DNA of 64,000 nucleotides from an uncultured Eubacteriales bacterium. GTDB lineage: Bacteria; Acidobacteriota; Aminicenantia; Aminicenantales; CALLJL01. Both the position numbers and the translations under genes were made by a program. The notes beneath the pieces were generated by a model that had not been told where the DNA came from, ran no database searches, and saw nothing but the letters and a program-made list of their open reading frames with translations. Shown piece after piece: positions 48,813-58,761 of this stretch (positions are counted from its first letter, which is position 1; each line of letters begins with the position of its first letter). The DNA is taken from positions 504 through 64,503 of the forward strand of contig CAZVIN010000004.1 in the NCBI GenBank assembly GCA_964627255.1, written 5' to 3'.

Positions 48813-49289
48813 TGGGAATTAAAAATAATAGATTAAAGAAATTTATGGCGGAATTATTAATGGCCTGATAAATTAAATTACGCGCCTAAAATAAAAGTGG
48901 GCTCATTAAATAAAATTAGGCTTAAAAAAATAGGTTCTCTCCCATTTTATCTGGGCTGGTTTGAGGGCTAAGTTCGGGAGGGCAGAAGTGACCATTGAAG
49001 GTTTAGCCTTCCCGAAGCGCCCTTCGAGGGAACCTCTTGGCGCCGAGGATGTCTGAGCCTGAACAGGACCAACGGAGAGGCCAAAGGAGGGCAAGGGACT
49101 TCCGGGCTATGTCTCTGAACAGGGAGGCGAGTTCCGCAGGCGCTGAGAAGGGCGAAGAGGGAACGGCGTTAAAAACCTGAGTGGGAGCGAGGCCATCCCG
49201 AACGTCTCCGAGCCTAACCCATACAAGATGGAAGAGAATCAATAAATAGGAAAAAATGACCTGACTAACCTTGGAAGGGAGAAGCTGAA

Positions 49290-50324
49290 ATGCTTAATTT
49301 AAGACAGATTCTCATTCCCATAATCAGTGGGCTTGTGACCGCCTCAGTTCTTCTTTTAGGCCGCGGCTTCAGCCTCAGAATTCTTCGCCAAAGGAGTGAG
49401 AAAGGCGCGAAAAAAGGATTAGAGGATACGATAATTAAATCAATAAAAATTCCTTCGCTTTTCTGGATTCTGGCCTTTGCTCTTTACATTGGCATCGCTC
49501 TATCTAATCTCCCGGCGAAATATACTCTTTATCTAAGCAAAGCCATCGAGGTAACAATCATCTTTTCGGTTACCTTGGCCCTGGCCAATCTTCTGGCCAA
49601 TTTACTCCAAAATTATTTCCGTCAAATCGAGCTGCCTATAGCGACCGCGGGAATCTCCTTCGCTCTTTTAAAGGGGACAGTTCTGGTTATTGGTTTTTTG
49701 ATTATTCTCAATGTCCTCGGAATATCCATCGTTCCCCTAATAACTGCCTTGGGCCTTGGGGGTCTGGCCATTGCCTTAGCCCTTCAGGATACCCTGGCTA
49801 ATTTATTCGCCGGGATAAATCTTCTTCTCGAAAAATCAATTCGGGTGGGTGATTTTGTTCGTCTGGAAACGGGTCAGGAAGGTTATGTCGAAGATATAAC
49901 CTGGCGAACAACACGCCTCAGGATGCTTCCCAACAACATGGTCATTATTCCCAACAGCAAATTGGCCCAGAGTGTATTCACCAATTATCATTTGCCGGAA
50001 AAGAAGCTCTCAGTGCTAATTCCTGTAAACGTCAGTTATTCTTCTGACCCTGAAAAGGTGGAGAAAATTCTGCTGGAAGAGACCAAAAAAGCGGCGGAAG
50101 AAATACCCGGTCTTTTGGCTCAACCTGAGCCTCTGGTTAGATTCATTCCTGGCTTTGGCGATTATTCCCTAAACTTCACCCTTATCTGTTCGGTAGCCGA
50201 ATTCAGGGACCAGTATCTGGTTCAGCATGAACTCAGAAAAAGAATCTTGCGGCGCTTTAAAGAAGAAGGCATTGAAATCCCCTTCCCCCAACGCCGTGTT
50301 ATCTTCAAAAGAGCTGAGGAATAA
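49290..50324 (+). CDS. Mechanosensitive ion channel, MscS family.
   Basis: 344 aa. N-terminal TM helices. A TM3-like Gly/Ala-rich helix (LITALGLGGLAIALALQDTLANLFAG) followed by beta-domain motifs (VGDFVRLETGQEGYVEDITWRTTRL). Confidence 0.8.
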   Translation: MLNLRQILIPIISGLVTASVLLLGRGFSLRILRQRSEKGAKKGLEDTIIKSIKIPSLFWILAFALYIGIALSNLPAKYTLYLSKAIEVTIIFSVTLALANLLANLLQNYFRQIELPIATAGISFALLKGTVLVIGFLIILNVLGISIVPLITALGLGGLAIALALQDTLANLFAGINLLLEKSIRVGDFVRLETGQEGYVEDITWRTTRLRMLPNNMVIIPNSKLAQSVFTNYHLPEKKLSVLIPVNVSYSSDPEKVEKILLEETKKAAEEIPGLLAQPEPLVRFIPGFGDYSLNFTLICSVAEFRDQYLVQHELRKRILRRFKEEGIEIPFPQRRVIFKRAEE

Positions 50325-50348
50325 AACCAAGCTCGAAACTCTTCGAGC

Positions 50349-51326
50349 CTATTCGCTCAGGGCTTTCCTCAATTCCTCCTTTAAGGGAGGAATAATCTGG
50401 AAAAGGTCGCCGACAACGCCCAGGTCAGCTACTTTAAAAATTGGTGCTTCTGGGTCTTTATTGACGGCAACAATGACCTTCGAACCGCTCATTCCCGCTA
50501 AATGTTGAATCGCACCGGAAACCCCGAAGGCTAAGTAAAGATTAGGGCAAACCGTCTTGCCCGTCTGGCCCACCTGATGTTGATGACCAATCCAGCCGCT
50601 ATCAACGGCAGAACGAGAAGCGCCCACCGCCGAACGAGGGATGATGGCACAAAGCTCCCGGAGTAAGCTAAAATTTTCCGCGCCTTTCATGCCTCGGCCG
50701 CCGGAAACGACTACCTCGGCTTCAGTGACGTCAAGCTCGGCACCTTCTTCTCTGATTATTTCCTCCACGCCAGCCACAGGTCCGGAATAAGGATTGGCTA
50801 TCCTGCGCTCGATAACCTCGCCCTCACCCGATTGAGGCTCGCTCAGAGGGAAAATATTTGGTCGAAGAGTAGCTAATTGCGGTCTTGTCTTTAATTTTAG
50901 CGTCAGAAGAGCTTTGCCCGCGTAAACCGGTCTAATGAAGACGAGCTCGCCATTCAAAACCTTCAGCTGGGTGCAATCCGAAGCCAGAGCGACCTTAAGC
51001 TTACCCGCCAAACGCGGGGCCAGGTCTCGGCCCATAGCTGAAGCGGCCATAAACACTGCCTCAGGCCGTAACTCTTGGATTAATTCCTCGAGATAATGGG
51101 TGTATTTTTCGGCCGAGTACTGGTCCAAACCATCTCCCTTTATTTGAATAATTTTCTTCGCCCCTTGACCCCAGAGAGCCGCCGTTTGCTCCTGAAGCTC
51201 TGAGCCTATGAGCGCTGCTACCACTTCCCATCCCAATTCATCAGCCAGACGCTTAGCTTCGGCTAATACTTCGAGAGAAGACTTTTTAATCTTGCCTTCA
51301 CGGTATTCGATAAAAACCAGGATCAT
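50349..51326 (-). CDS. etfA: Electron transfer flavoprotein alpha subunit.
   Basis: 325 aa. C-terminal FAD-binding region ..VVSGGRGM...PNLYLAFGVSGAIQHLAGM..VIVAVNKDPEAPIF. Confidence 0.85.
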   Translation of the reverse strand: MILVFIEYREGKIKKSSLEVLAEAKRLADELGWEVVAALIGSELQEQTAALWGQGAKKIIQIKGDGLDQYSAEKYTHYLEELIQELRPEAVFMAASAMGRDLAPRLAGKLKVALASDCTQLKVLNGELVFIRPVYAGKALLTLKLKTRPQLATLRPNIFPLSEPQSGEGEVIERRIANPYSGPVAGVEEIIREEGAELDVTEAEVVVSGGRGMKGAENFSLLRELCAIIPRSAVGASRSAVDSGWIGHQHQVGQTGKTVCPNLYLAFGVSGAIQHLAGMSGSKVIVAVNKDPEAPIFKVADLGVVGDLFQIIPPLKEELRKALSE

Positions 51327-51337
51327 TTTCGCCTCCT

Positions 51338-52120
51338 TTAAAGCACCTTGGCTTCTTCCCGGAGAAAGCGCACAATTTCCTTAGCCGCTTCTTCTGGCGG
51401 CAACTGGACCAACCTGCCCGCACTTTTTGTCGGGGGCGGCTCAAGCCCCAGGATTTCGACGGCTGGAGCCAGGTCTTCAGCCTTTAAACCCAGTTCTTCT
51501 ATCGGAATCATAGGAATTTCCTTCCTTTTCGCTGCCATTATACCCTTCAGCGTCTCGTAGCGCGGTTCATTCAGACCTTTTTGAGCCGAAATAACCGCCG
51601 GCAACGAAAAAACGACTTTTTCCTGGGCGCCCTCGATTTCGCGATAGGCCACGCCTTCTCGGCCTTCGATGGTCAGTTTAACGACCACGTTGACTTGAGG
51701 CACCCCAAGAAGTGCCGCCACCATCGCCGGCACCTGAGCATTGTCGCTGCCGAAAGATTGCTTACCAAAAAGAAGCAAGTCAAAATCAGGAAATTTTTGC
51801 TCGACCAGAGAAGCTATGGCTCGGGCTGTCCTTAAACCATCAAAAGTCTCCGGATTATTGTCCTTAACCAGAAGAGCTTCGTCCGCTCCCATTGCTAAGC
51901 ATTTCCGCAGAATAAGGAGCGCCTCCTCTCGACCGACGGAAATGACCGTTACCTTGCCTCCCTTTGCCTCCCTTAAGCGGAGCGCTTCTTCGACGGCAAA
52001 TTCATCATAAGGGCTGATAATAAAATTTAAGCCTTCCTCCACAATACCTCTGTTATCAGGAGCTACCCTTATTTTCGATTCTGTATCCGGAACCCTTTTA
52101 ACCAAAACCAGGATATTCAT
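51338..52120 (-). CDS. etfB: Electron transfer flavoprotein beta subunit.
   Basis: 260 aa, MNILVLVKRVPDTE... is typical of EtfB. Immediately upstream of etfA. Confidence 0.85.
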   Translation of the reverse strand: MNILVLVKRVPDTESKIRVAPDNRGIVEEGLNFIISPYDEFAVEEALRLREAKGGKVTVISVGREEALLILRKCLAMGADEALLVKDNNPETFDGLRTARAIASLVEQKFPDFDLLLFGKQSFGSDNAQVPAMVAALLGVPQVNVVVKLTIEGREGVAYREIEGAQEKVVFSLPAVISAQKGLNEPRYETLKGIMAAKRKEIPMIPIEELGLKAEDLAPAVEILGLEPPPTKSAGRLVQLPPEEAAKEIVRFLREEAKVL

Positions 52121-52339
52121 TAAGCCCTCCTAAAATTTTTTCTTATAAATCATTATTATTTATTATTTTAGGCGACGACTTCTGTTGGCCCTTAGGTATT
52201 CTTCCTTCTTTCCTGCTTCGCCATTAAGAAAAAACCTCGCCGGTGTCCCTAAAATAAATAATTAATGGAAGAGAACCAACTAAACTAATTCACCTTTCAG
52301 GGACACAAAAATAACTTAGTCTAAGCTAAGAATAGGATA

Positions 52340-53596
52340 TTACTCCTCATATCGTTTGAGAATCAAGCAGCCGTTTGTGCCCCCAAACCCGAAGGAATTA
52401 GTCATAGCGTAGATAACTTCAGCCGGTCGGGCCACGTTCGGTACATAATCCAGGTCGCAATCAGGGTCAGGAAACTCATAATTAATTGTCGGCGAGATTA
52501 TCTGATGATAGAGCGTCAGCGCCGTGACCCCTGCCTCCAAAGCGCCGGCCGCCCCCAAAAGATGGCCAGTCATGGATTTAGTGGAGCTTATAGCCAGCTT
52601 ATAAGCATAATCACCAAAAGTTCTTTTAATGGCCTGTGTTTCGATACGGTCATTATGCGGGGTGGATGTCCCGTGGGCGTTGATGTATTGAATTTCCTCT
52701 GGGCCAAGCTGCGCATCCTTCAAGGCTCGCTCCATCACCGACACTGCCCCTTCACCCTCAGGATGGGGCGCGGCCGCATGATAAGCATCAGCACTCATTC
52801 CGTAACCTACGACTTCGGCATAAATCTTAGCCCCGCGGCGCAAAGCCTGACCCAACTCCTCGAGAATTAAGATACCCGCGCCTTCGCCCATCACAAACCC
52901 GTCCCTCTGAGCATCAAACGGCCGAGAAGCCTTCTGCGGGTCATCGTTGCGCTCCGAAAGGGCCTTCATCGAACAAAACCCGGCCACGCCTAAGGGCGTA
53001 ATCGGCGCCTCCGCTCCGCCGGCAATCATCGTGTCGGCCTCACCTCGAGCAATGATGCGAAAAGAATCGCCGATAGCATGAAGTCCCGTGCTGCAAGCGG
53101 TGGCTGTGGCGGAATTAGGGCCTCGACTGCGGTAGCGGATGGAAATCTGGCCGGCGGCTTCATTAATAATTGTGGCAATCAAAAAGTAGGGTGAAACCCG
53201 CTCGGGCCCCTTCTCGAGGAGCACCCGATGCCATTCCTCAATCTGGCCGATGCCGCCAATGCCACTACCCACGTAAACGCCGCAGCGGTCGCCTTCTAAA
53301 AGCTTAGGGTCAATCGAGGCATCTTCAACGGCTAAAACCGCCGCCGCTAAAGCAAACTGGATGAATAAATCCATCTTGCGGACTTCTTTGCGTTCGATGA
53401 AAACAAAGGGGTCAAAATCACGAACTTCAGCGGCCAGGCGAGTGGAATATCGGGAAGCGTCAAAACGAGTTATGAAGCCGACACCGCTTTCTCCCCGCAG
53501 CAACCTCTCCCAAGTCAGTTTCGTACCCACGCCAAGGGGCGAAACCAGACCAATACCTGTTATAACGACCCTTCTTCCAGGATTCATCCTTCTCAA
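52340..53596 (-). CDS. fabF: 3-oxoacyl-ACP synthase II.
   Basis: 418 aa KAS-II: ..RRVVITGIGLVSPLG.., active-site ..ATACSTG.., ..NAHGTSTPHND.., ..NSFGFGGTN.. Confidence 0.9.
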   Translation of the reverse strand: MRRMNPGRRVVITGIGLVSPLGVGTKLTWERLLRGESGVGFITRFDASRYSTRLAAEVRDFDPFVFIERKEVRKMDLFIQFALAAAVLAVEDASIDPKLLEGDRCGVYVGSGIGGIGQIEEWHRVLLEKGPERVSPYFLIATIINEAAGQISIRYRSRGPNSATATACSTGLHAIGDSFRIIARGEADTMIAGGAEAPITPLGVAGFCSMKALSERNDDPQKASRPFDAQRDGFVMGEGAGILILEELGQALRRGAKIYAEVVGYGMSADAYHAAAPHPEGEGAVSVMERALKDAQLGPEEIQYINAHGTSTPHNDRIETQAIKRTFGDYAYKLAISSTKSMTGHLLGAAGALEAGVTALTLYHQIISPTINYEFPDPDCDLDYVPNVARPAEVIYAMTNSFGFGGTNGCLILKRYEE

Positions 53597-53605
53597 GAAG
53601 GAGGC

Positions 53606-53851
53606 TTACTTCAAGCGGCTTAAAATATAATCCACAGCCTTGCCCACGGTGGAAAGCTTTTCAGCCTCCTCATCGGGGATATCAAGACCGAACTTCTCTT
53701 CGAGGGCCATGACTAACTCGACTGTGTCCAGGGAGTCAGCTCCGAGGTCTTCGACAAAAGAGGCGTTTTCCGTTACTTGGTCTTCAGAGATGGAAAGCTT
53801 ATCCGCCACCACCTCGCGCACTTTTTTGAATAGTTCCTCCCGATCCATCAT
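53606..53851 (-). CDS. acpP: Acyl carrier protein.
   Basis: 81 aa with [20 protein letters not shown] (phosphopantetheine-attachment Ser in DSLD). Confidence 0.9.
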   Translation of the reverse strand: MMDREELFKKVREVVADKLSISEDQVTENASFVEDLGADSLDTVELVMALEEKFGLDIPDEEAEKLSTVGKAVDYILSRLK

Positions 53852-53892
53852 CCTTAACCTCCTATGGTTTTTATTCCCAGGCCAAGGCGAAA

Positions 53893-54651
53893 CTACATGT
53901 ACATTCCGCCGTTGACGTGGATTACCTGTCCCGTAATGTAAGCTGCTTCCTCAGAAAGAAGGAAAAGGACGGCAGCCGCCACATCCTCAGGTTGCCCGAA
54001 CCGTTTCATCGGAATAATCTCGAGGAAAGCCTTCTTCACCTCTTCGGGCAATCTTTCTGTCATCGGAGTGGCGATATAACCCGGGGCGACGCAATTAACC
54101 GTAATCCCCCGGCCAGCGACTTCCCGGGCTAACGACCGAGTAAAGCCGATAACCCCGGCCTTAGAAGCGGCGTAATTGGTCTGGCCAGCATTGCCCATTA
54201 CGCCCACCACCGAAGAGATATTGACAATCCGGCCCGAGCGCTGGTTAACCATCGCTCGGAGAGCCGCTTTAGAAAAATTAAAGACGCCCTTTAGGTTCAC
54301 CGCCAAGACGGCATCCCAATCTTCTTCCTTCAGCCGCAGCAAAAGGGCATCCCTGGTGATTCCCGCATTATTTACTAAATGGTCAATCCGACCCCATCGG
54401 TTTACAACCTCATCACATACTCTTTGCGCTTCCGCTAATTGACTGACATCAGCTACAAAGTAGAGAGCCTCGCCGCCGGATTCTTGAATCGACCGACAAA
54501 CGGAGTTGAGCTTTTCTTCCTGAACATCCACCAGCCCTACCTGGGCTCCTTCGCCGGCTAAGAGCCGGGCAATCACTTCGCCAATTCCTTGTGACGCTCC
54601 AGTTACAATTGAAACGCGAGAATGAAACCGACCTTCAAGCTTTGGCCCCAT
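53893..54651 (-). CDS. fabG: 3-oxoacyl-ACP reductase (SDR).
   Basis: ..[14 protein letters not shown].., ..NAG.., catalytic Y/K (..[16 protein letters not shown]..). Confidence 0.85.
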   Translation of the reverse strand: MGPKLEGRFHSRVSIVTGASQGIGEVIARLLAGEGAQVGLVDVQEEKLNSVCRSIQESGGEALYFVADVSQLAEAQRVCDEVVNRWGRIDHLVNNAGITRDALLLRLKEEDWDAVLAVNLKGVFNFSKAALRAMVNQRSGRIVNISSVVGVMGNAGQTNYAASKAGVIGFTRSLAREVAGRGITVNCVAPGYIATPMTERLPEEVKKAFLEIIPMKRFGQPEDVAAAVLFLLSEEAAYITGQVIHVNGGMYM

Positions 54652-55657
54652 TAATCACCCCCGCCATTTTCAATAGCTCGGCCTGGATTTTTTCCTGAAC
54701 TCTGTTCCTGACCGTCTCCATGGCCATCCGCACGGCGTTCCTCACAGCTTGCGCGTTAGAACGGCCATGGCCGACGACGCACGTCCCTTTGACGCCGAGA
54801 AGATGAGCTCCCCCATATTCAGAATAATCAATCTGTTTATAGATTTTTTTCAGATGTTTTTTCATCAAGAAGAGGCCGAGCTTGGCCAGAAGGTTCTTCG
54901 TCACTTCTCTTTTCGCCAGAGAAAGAAGCGTCTCGACCACCCCCTCGCTCACCTTAAGAGCGACATTTCCCGTAAAGCCGTCGCTGACGATGATATCAGC
55001 CTTACCCGAATAAATGTCTGTGCCTTCGACATTGCCGATGAAATTCAGCGGCGATTGCTCCAACCGCTCAAAGGCCTCCCGGGTCATCTCGTTCCCCTTA
55101 ACTTCTTCCTCCCCGATACTCATTAAGGCAATTCTCGGGTTGGCTAACCCCATGACGGTTTCCATAAAAATCTTGCCCATGAAGGCGAACTGGACCAAAT
55201 GGTGGGGCCGACAATTCACGCTCGCTCCCACGTCAATTAACATCGTTGAGCCCTGAAGCGTGGGCACGATCAAAGCCAGGGCGGGTTTATCCACGCCATA
55301 GAGAGGTCCGAGAATCTGTTGGGAGAGGTAAACCACGGCGGCTGTATTGCCCATGCTGACGAGCGCCTCGGCCTTGCCTTCTTTGACTAACTGTGCACAG
55401 ATACGAATGGATGACCTTTTTTTCCGGCGGAAAGAAAAAAGTCCTTCGCCCATGCTGATCGCTTCCGGGGCTTCGACAATTCTTAGGCGTGGGTTTAAAT
55501 CAGCGGAGAAAGGAAGTTTCTTCAGTTCAACCTGAATGGCTTCTGGCCGGCCCACCAACAGGACTTCCACCCCAAAGTCAGAGGCAGCTCGAACGGCACC
55601 GGAGACAGTAACGCCCGGGCCGAAATCACCGCCCATGGCGTCGACAGCAATTCTCAA
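54635..55657 (-). CDS. plsX: Phosphate acyltransferase PlsX.
   Basis: The ..LRIAVDAMGGDFGP.. start is typical of PlsX. The likely start is TTG at 55657, preceded by AGGGG. The longer ATG-initiated ORF to 55720 would overlap rpmF, which is unlikely. Confidence 0.75.
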   Translation of the reverse strand: MRIAVDAMGGDFGPGVTVSGAVRAASDFGVEVLLVGRPEAIQVELKKLPFSADLNPRLRIVEAPEAISMGEGLFSFRRKKRSSIRICAQLVKEGKAEALVSMGNTAAVVYLSQQILGPLYGVDKPALALIVPTLQGSTMLIDVGASVNCRPHHLVQFAFMGKIFMETVMGLANPRIALMSIGEEEVKGNEMTREAFERLEQSPLNFIGNVEGTDIYSGKADIIVSDGFTGNVALKVSEGVVETLLSLAKREVTKNLLAKLGLFLMKKHLKKIYKQIDYSEYGGAHLLGVKGTCVVGHGRSNAQAVRNAVRMAMETVRNRVQEKIQAELLKMAGVINGAKA

Positions 55658-55671
55658 GGGATACCCCTGGC

Positions 55672-55854
55672 TCAGTCTTCTGACCCCTCGATGACTTGTC
55701 GGCCTCGATACCAACCACAATGAGGACAGGCCCGATGAGGCATCTTAGGATTCCCGCAATTAGGACAAAGGGAGAAGGAGGGCATCTCAAGAGCGTGATG
55801 CGAGCGCCTTTTCCCTTTACGGGAAGGTGAATGGCGTCGTTTTGGGTTCGGCAT
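55672..55854 (-). CDS. rpmF: 50S ribosomal protein L32.
   Basis: MPNPKRRHSPSRKGKRRSHHAL.. plus a CPNCG...CPHCG zinc ribbon. Confidence 0.85.
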   Translation of the reverse strand: MPNPKRRHSPSRKGKRRSHHALEMPSFSLCPNCGNPKMPHRACPHCGWYRGRQVIEGSED

Positions 55855-55858
55855 TTTC

Positions 55859-56368
55859 CTATCTCTTATAAAGTTTTAGCTTTTCCAACCGCGGGTCGGA
55901 AAGCTCATTAACACACTCACAGCGACCTTCCTGGCGAACCTGACCACAGACCGGGCACATTCCCTCACAGCTTTCAGAACAAAGAGGCTTGAGAGGAAAG
56001 GCGAGATTAATTTGCTCCAAAACAACCTGGTGTAAATCAATCTGGCGATTATAATAGAAAAGCTGGTTAATATCTTGCTCTTCTAACTCTTCTTTCACTT
56101 CTTCCAATTCTTCCGGGAGATAAATCAAGTCAAAAGAAAGGTCAAGGGGAAATTCAAAAGGTCGGAGGCAACGGCTGCAAACGACACTTAGCCGGACCTT
56201 AAGACGGCCTTTAATCCAGACTTCTTCCCCGAAGCGGCTTACCTTCATTTCAACGTGAGCCGGCTCCAGAAACACTGCCTCCTCTTCAACCAGGTCCCCA
56301 CTAAGGAACTCAAAATCTCTTCTGACTTCGAGCCCTTCATGAGGAATTTTATCGACTTCGATAAGCAT
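55859..56368 (-). CDS. yceD: YceD/DUF177 family protein (large-subunit rRNA accumulation factor).
   Basis: 169 aa. Acidic. CxxC...CxxC near the C-terminus (CSESCEGMCPVCGQ..RCEC). Conserved position upstream of rpmF-plsX. Confidence 0.75.
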   Translation of the reverse strand: MLIEVDKIPHEGLEVRRDFEFLSGDLVEEEAVFLEPAHVEMKVSRFGEEVWIKGRLKVRLSVVCSRCLRPFEFPLDLSFDLIYLPEELEEVKEELEEQDINQLFYYNRQIDLHQVVLEQINLAFPLKPLCSESCEGMCPVCGQVRQEGRCECVNELSDPRLEKLKLYKR

Positions 56369-56987
56369 TGATACTCCTGGGGATAAAATTTATCCCTTAA
56401 CGAGCTCTTTATTATAGCACCTAACCCCTCTTTGTCAACGAAAGCGGGGCTCATCCTCAAAAAGGGTGAAGCTTCAAGCGCTTTTTTATCATGAATATTT
56501 AGCCTTTTTCCCCCTAAAAGAGCTCGGCAATCAGGGAAATAGGGGGACGGTTATAAGGTCTCACTTTAGTCTCTTTTCAAAAATTAAAAGAAGAATAAAC
56601 CCCACGTTAATTTTTAAAAGGCATCTATTACCTGCCCAAAATCTCAGACCTTCCTGGGTTTAAAATAATTACACCCAATATAAGCCCAACAATCACCCTT
56701 TTTTCATGACGGAGCCCCACCTCTCAACCCAGGCTTAATATGGCATCAAGAGTAATTAGAGGCGATATACAGAGAAACAAAGCCCCCTCTGTGCTGGCTC
56801 AGATACATTAATGACCCATTATAATTCTTCTATTAGTGGTGAACGTCAATCTCTCTTCACCTAATAGAATTTCAAGTTTTTGCCCTAAGGACAACCTATG
56901 GAGTGGGCTACAGACATCAATGAAAAGAGCAATGGACCGTAAAAAATCCCTGGTAAAAGTGTCACCGATGTATTGACCCCACACCCC

Positions 56988-57016
56988 TTGACAAAGGTCA
57001 TAGAGAAAGATAAAAT
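56988..57016 (+). promoter_or_regulatory. Near-consensus sigma70-type promoter: TTGACA, 17 bp spacer, TAAAAT.
   Basis: TTGACA at 56988-56993, 17-nt spacer, TAAAAT at 57011-57016. About 50 nt upstream of the first ORF of the MvhD-like/Fd/ArsD-like/SufCB cluster. Confidence 0.45.
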
Positions 57017-57269
57017 AGATATGATGATATTATCATATATTCATAATATCAAGCACGGGGAAAAATGAACGGCTTTGCTAACGAAATGTTTGATGAAAGT
57101 TATAAGGCGGCTGGACACAGAAAAAAGTCTTTTCGAAAGGTTATCAACTCATCGTATCTAGCCCGAAATCCTGGCGCTAATCTAATTGGGCCCAGAAAGG
57201 AAATAGATTCATTTTACCCAGCCAACAGATTAAAGGTAGCAGATAATTTTACTTTAAGGAGGTAATAGA

Positions 57270-57629
57270 ATGTCGGCTAAACCGAGGTTCGTCATGTGCA
57301 TTTGCACTGGTCAATGCCCGGGGTTCAAATCTCTTGACCTCTGGGAACTTATTAACACGGTAAGGCGGGAGATGGACGTGGAATACGCCCTCGTTCATCC
57401 CCAACTCTGCGTCGACGACGGGGACAGGTTCCTCAAAGATTATATTAAGGACGACGGCCTTTATATCATCGGCGCCTGTGACCCCAAGATGCAGAGAAAG
57501 ATGATGAAAGAAGCCTTCGAGGCAGTGGGCGTTGATTTCGAAAAAATGGTCATTCCCCTTGACCTGAGAAACCTGAGCACGGAAGAGGCAATAAAGAAAG
57601 TCCAGGAAGCGGTGGAAGCTGCTAAATAA
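57270..57629 (+). CDS. MvhD/FlpD-like small iron-sulfur protein (homolog of the methyl-viologen-reducing hydrogenase delta subunit).
   Basis: 119 aa. N-terminal FVMCICTGQC and central IIGACDP plus C-terminal ..GVDFEKMVIPLDL parallel the MvhD layout (..CCNWCSY.. / ..ITGCHPGDC.. / ..IEPERVRLDWI). RBS GGAGG. Confidence 0.45.
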   Translation: MSAKPRFVMCICTGQCPGFKSLDLWELINTVRREMDVEYALVHPQLCVDDGDRFLKDYIKDDGLYIIGACDPKMQRKMMKEAFEAVGVDFEKMVIPLDLRNLSTEEAIKKVQEAVEAAK

Positions 57630-57800
57630 GGTGCTCAGACGAGTCAAGTCGTTGCTCGGGAATGAGTCAGGAGACATGGGAAAAGGCCAAACAACAATTT
57701 TGGGCTCTTCGCCCGAGCCATGGCGACTCAAGGAGGGCGGGGTAACAAGCGCGCCGCCCCCCTCGGCCAAATTTCTTTTTAAGAGTCAGGAGGAAAAAAG

Positions 57801-58079
57801 ATGTTTAAGGTTCCCCGTGAATATATCCCCTGGTATCCAACGATTGATGAGGATAAATGTATCGGCTGTGGAGAATGTTTCGATTTTTGCAAGAACGGCG
57901 TTTTTGAATGGGATGAGGAGAAAAATTGTCCTCGGGTTGTTCAGCCCTATAGCTGTGTCGTCGGTTGCAGCGCCTGCCAAAATCTCTGTACCCAAGACGC
58001 CATCTCCTTTCCTTCGATGAAAGAAATTGCCGAGATAGTTAAAAAATACCACCAGGAACTCTCGGAAGAAGCTAAATAA
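57801..58079 (+). CDS. Ferredoxin, 2x[4Fe-4S].
   Basis: CIGCGECFDFC and CVVGCSACQNLC cluster motifs. Strong RBS AGGAGG. Confidence 0.8.
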   Translation: MFKVPREYIPWYPTIDEDKCIGCGECFDFCKNGVFEWDEEKNCPRVVQPYSCVVGCSACQNLCTQDAISFPSMKEIAEIVKKYHQELSEEAK

Positions 58080-58186
58080 AAATAAGAGGCTGGCAACAGG
58101 AAAAGGAAACGCAGACTCGATGGGCTAAGCTTTAAAATAGCACCGTCCTGGCTCGGGCGTTGAACAAAAATAAGAAGGGAGTTAAG

Positions 58187-58537
58187 ATGAAGGTCAAAGT
58201 TATTCTGAATGGCGGGTTGAAGTCATGTTGTTCGAGCTATCCCCCAGAATTAATTCAAGAAATCTTAAAGGACTGGGTCAGGCCGGAAGACGAATTAGAA
58301 GTAATTGATAAGCAAAAAAGCGCCTGGGAGCCGGAGGAATTAGCGGCGCTCGCGGAGCAATATTTTTCCGACGCTATTTACCCTTTGCTTTATGTTGGCG
58401 ATTTCCTGGTAACAGTAGGCGACTTACCCGATAAGGAGACTCTGCAGAAAATTCTTTCCGACCCCCAAAAATACTCCCTGGCTAAAGAGGATATCCTGGA
58501 GGAAGCTGCAAGGCATGGCCTGATAAAAGGAGAATGA
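58187..58537 (+). CDS. ArsD-like thioredoxin-fold protein with a vicinal Cys-Cys motif.
   Basis: MKVKVILNGGLKSCCSS.. resembles the ArsD N-terminus (MKTLMVFDPAMCCSTG). ..YPLLYVGDFLVTVGDLPDKETLQKIL resembles ArsD ..LPLLLLDGETVMAGRYPKRAELARWF. Start chosen at the internal ATG behind the RBS AAGGGAG; the longer ORF from 58160 is less likely. Confidence 0.4.
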   Translation: MKVKVILNGGLKSCCSSYPPELIQEILKDWVRPEDELEVIDKQKSAWEPEELAALAEQYFSDAIYPLLYVGDFLVTVGDLPDKETLQKILSDPQKYSLAKEDILEEAARHGLIKGE

Positions 58538-58761
58538 ATATTTTACCTTATTTTTAACTTAGCTAAAAAAAGAAATGGCGAAAGAGCTTTAACAGTGGCC
58601 TTTCTCATAGACTGGTGGCTTGGTCTCAGTGACTCCGGATATTCAACGTCAGAATTTCTCTGCCAGAGGCTAGATTTATTTGAAGAGGAAGACCTTTAAG
58701 CTTTGATAACTAAATCAAAATTGGCGGCGAGATTAAATTATCAGAAGAAAGGAAATAAAGG

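Noticed and set aside
55658-55720. N-terminal extension of plsX (MWLVSRPTSHRGVRRLSQGYP) from the ATG-initiated track ORF.
   Set aside because: It would overlap the 3' 49 nt of rpmF. PlsX proteins begin at ..IAVDAMGGD.., and a TTG with an upstream AGGGG at 55657 provides a canonical start.
57631-58020. 129-aa ORF starting right after the MvhD-like gene.
   Set aside because: It overlaps the ferredoxin gene (57801-58079) out of frame. The ferredoxin gene has a perfect AGGAGG RBS and clear 4Fe-4S motifs, whereas this ORF is Ser/Pro/Gly-rich with no motifs.
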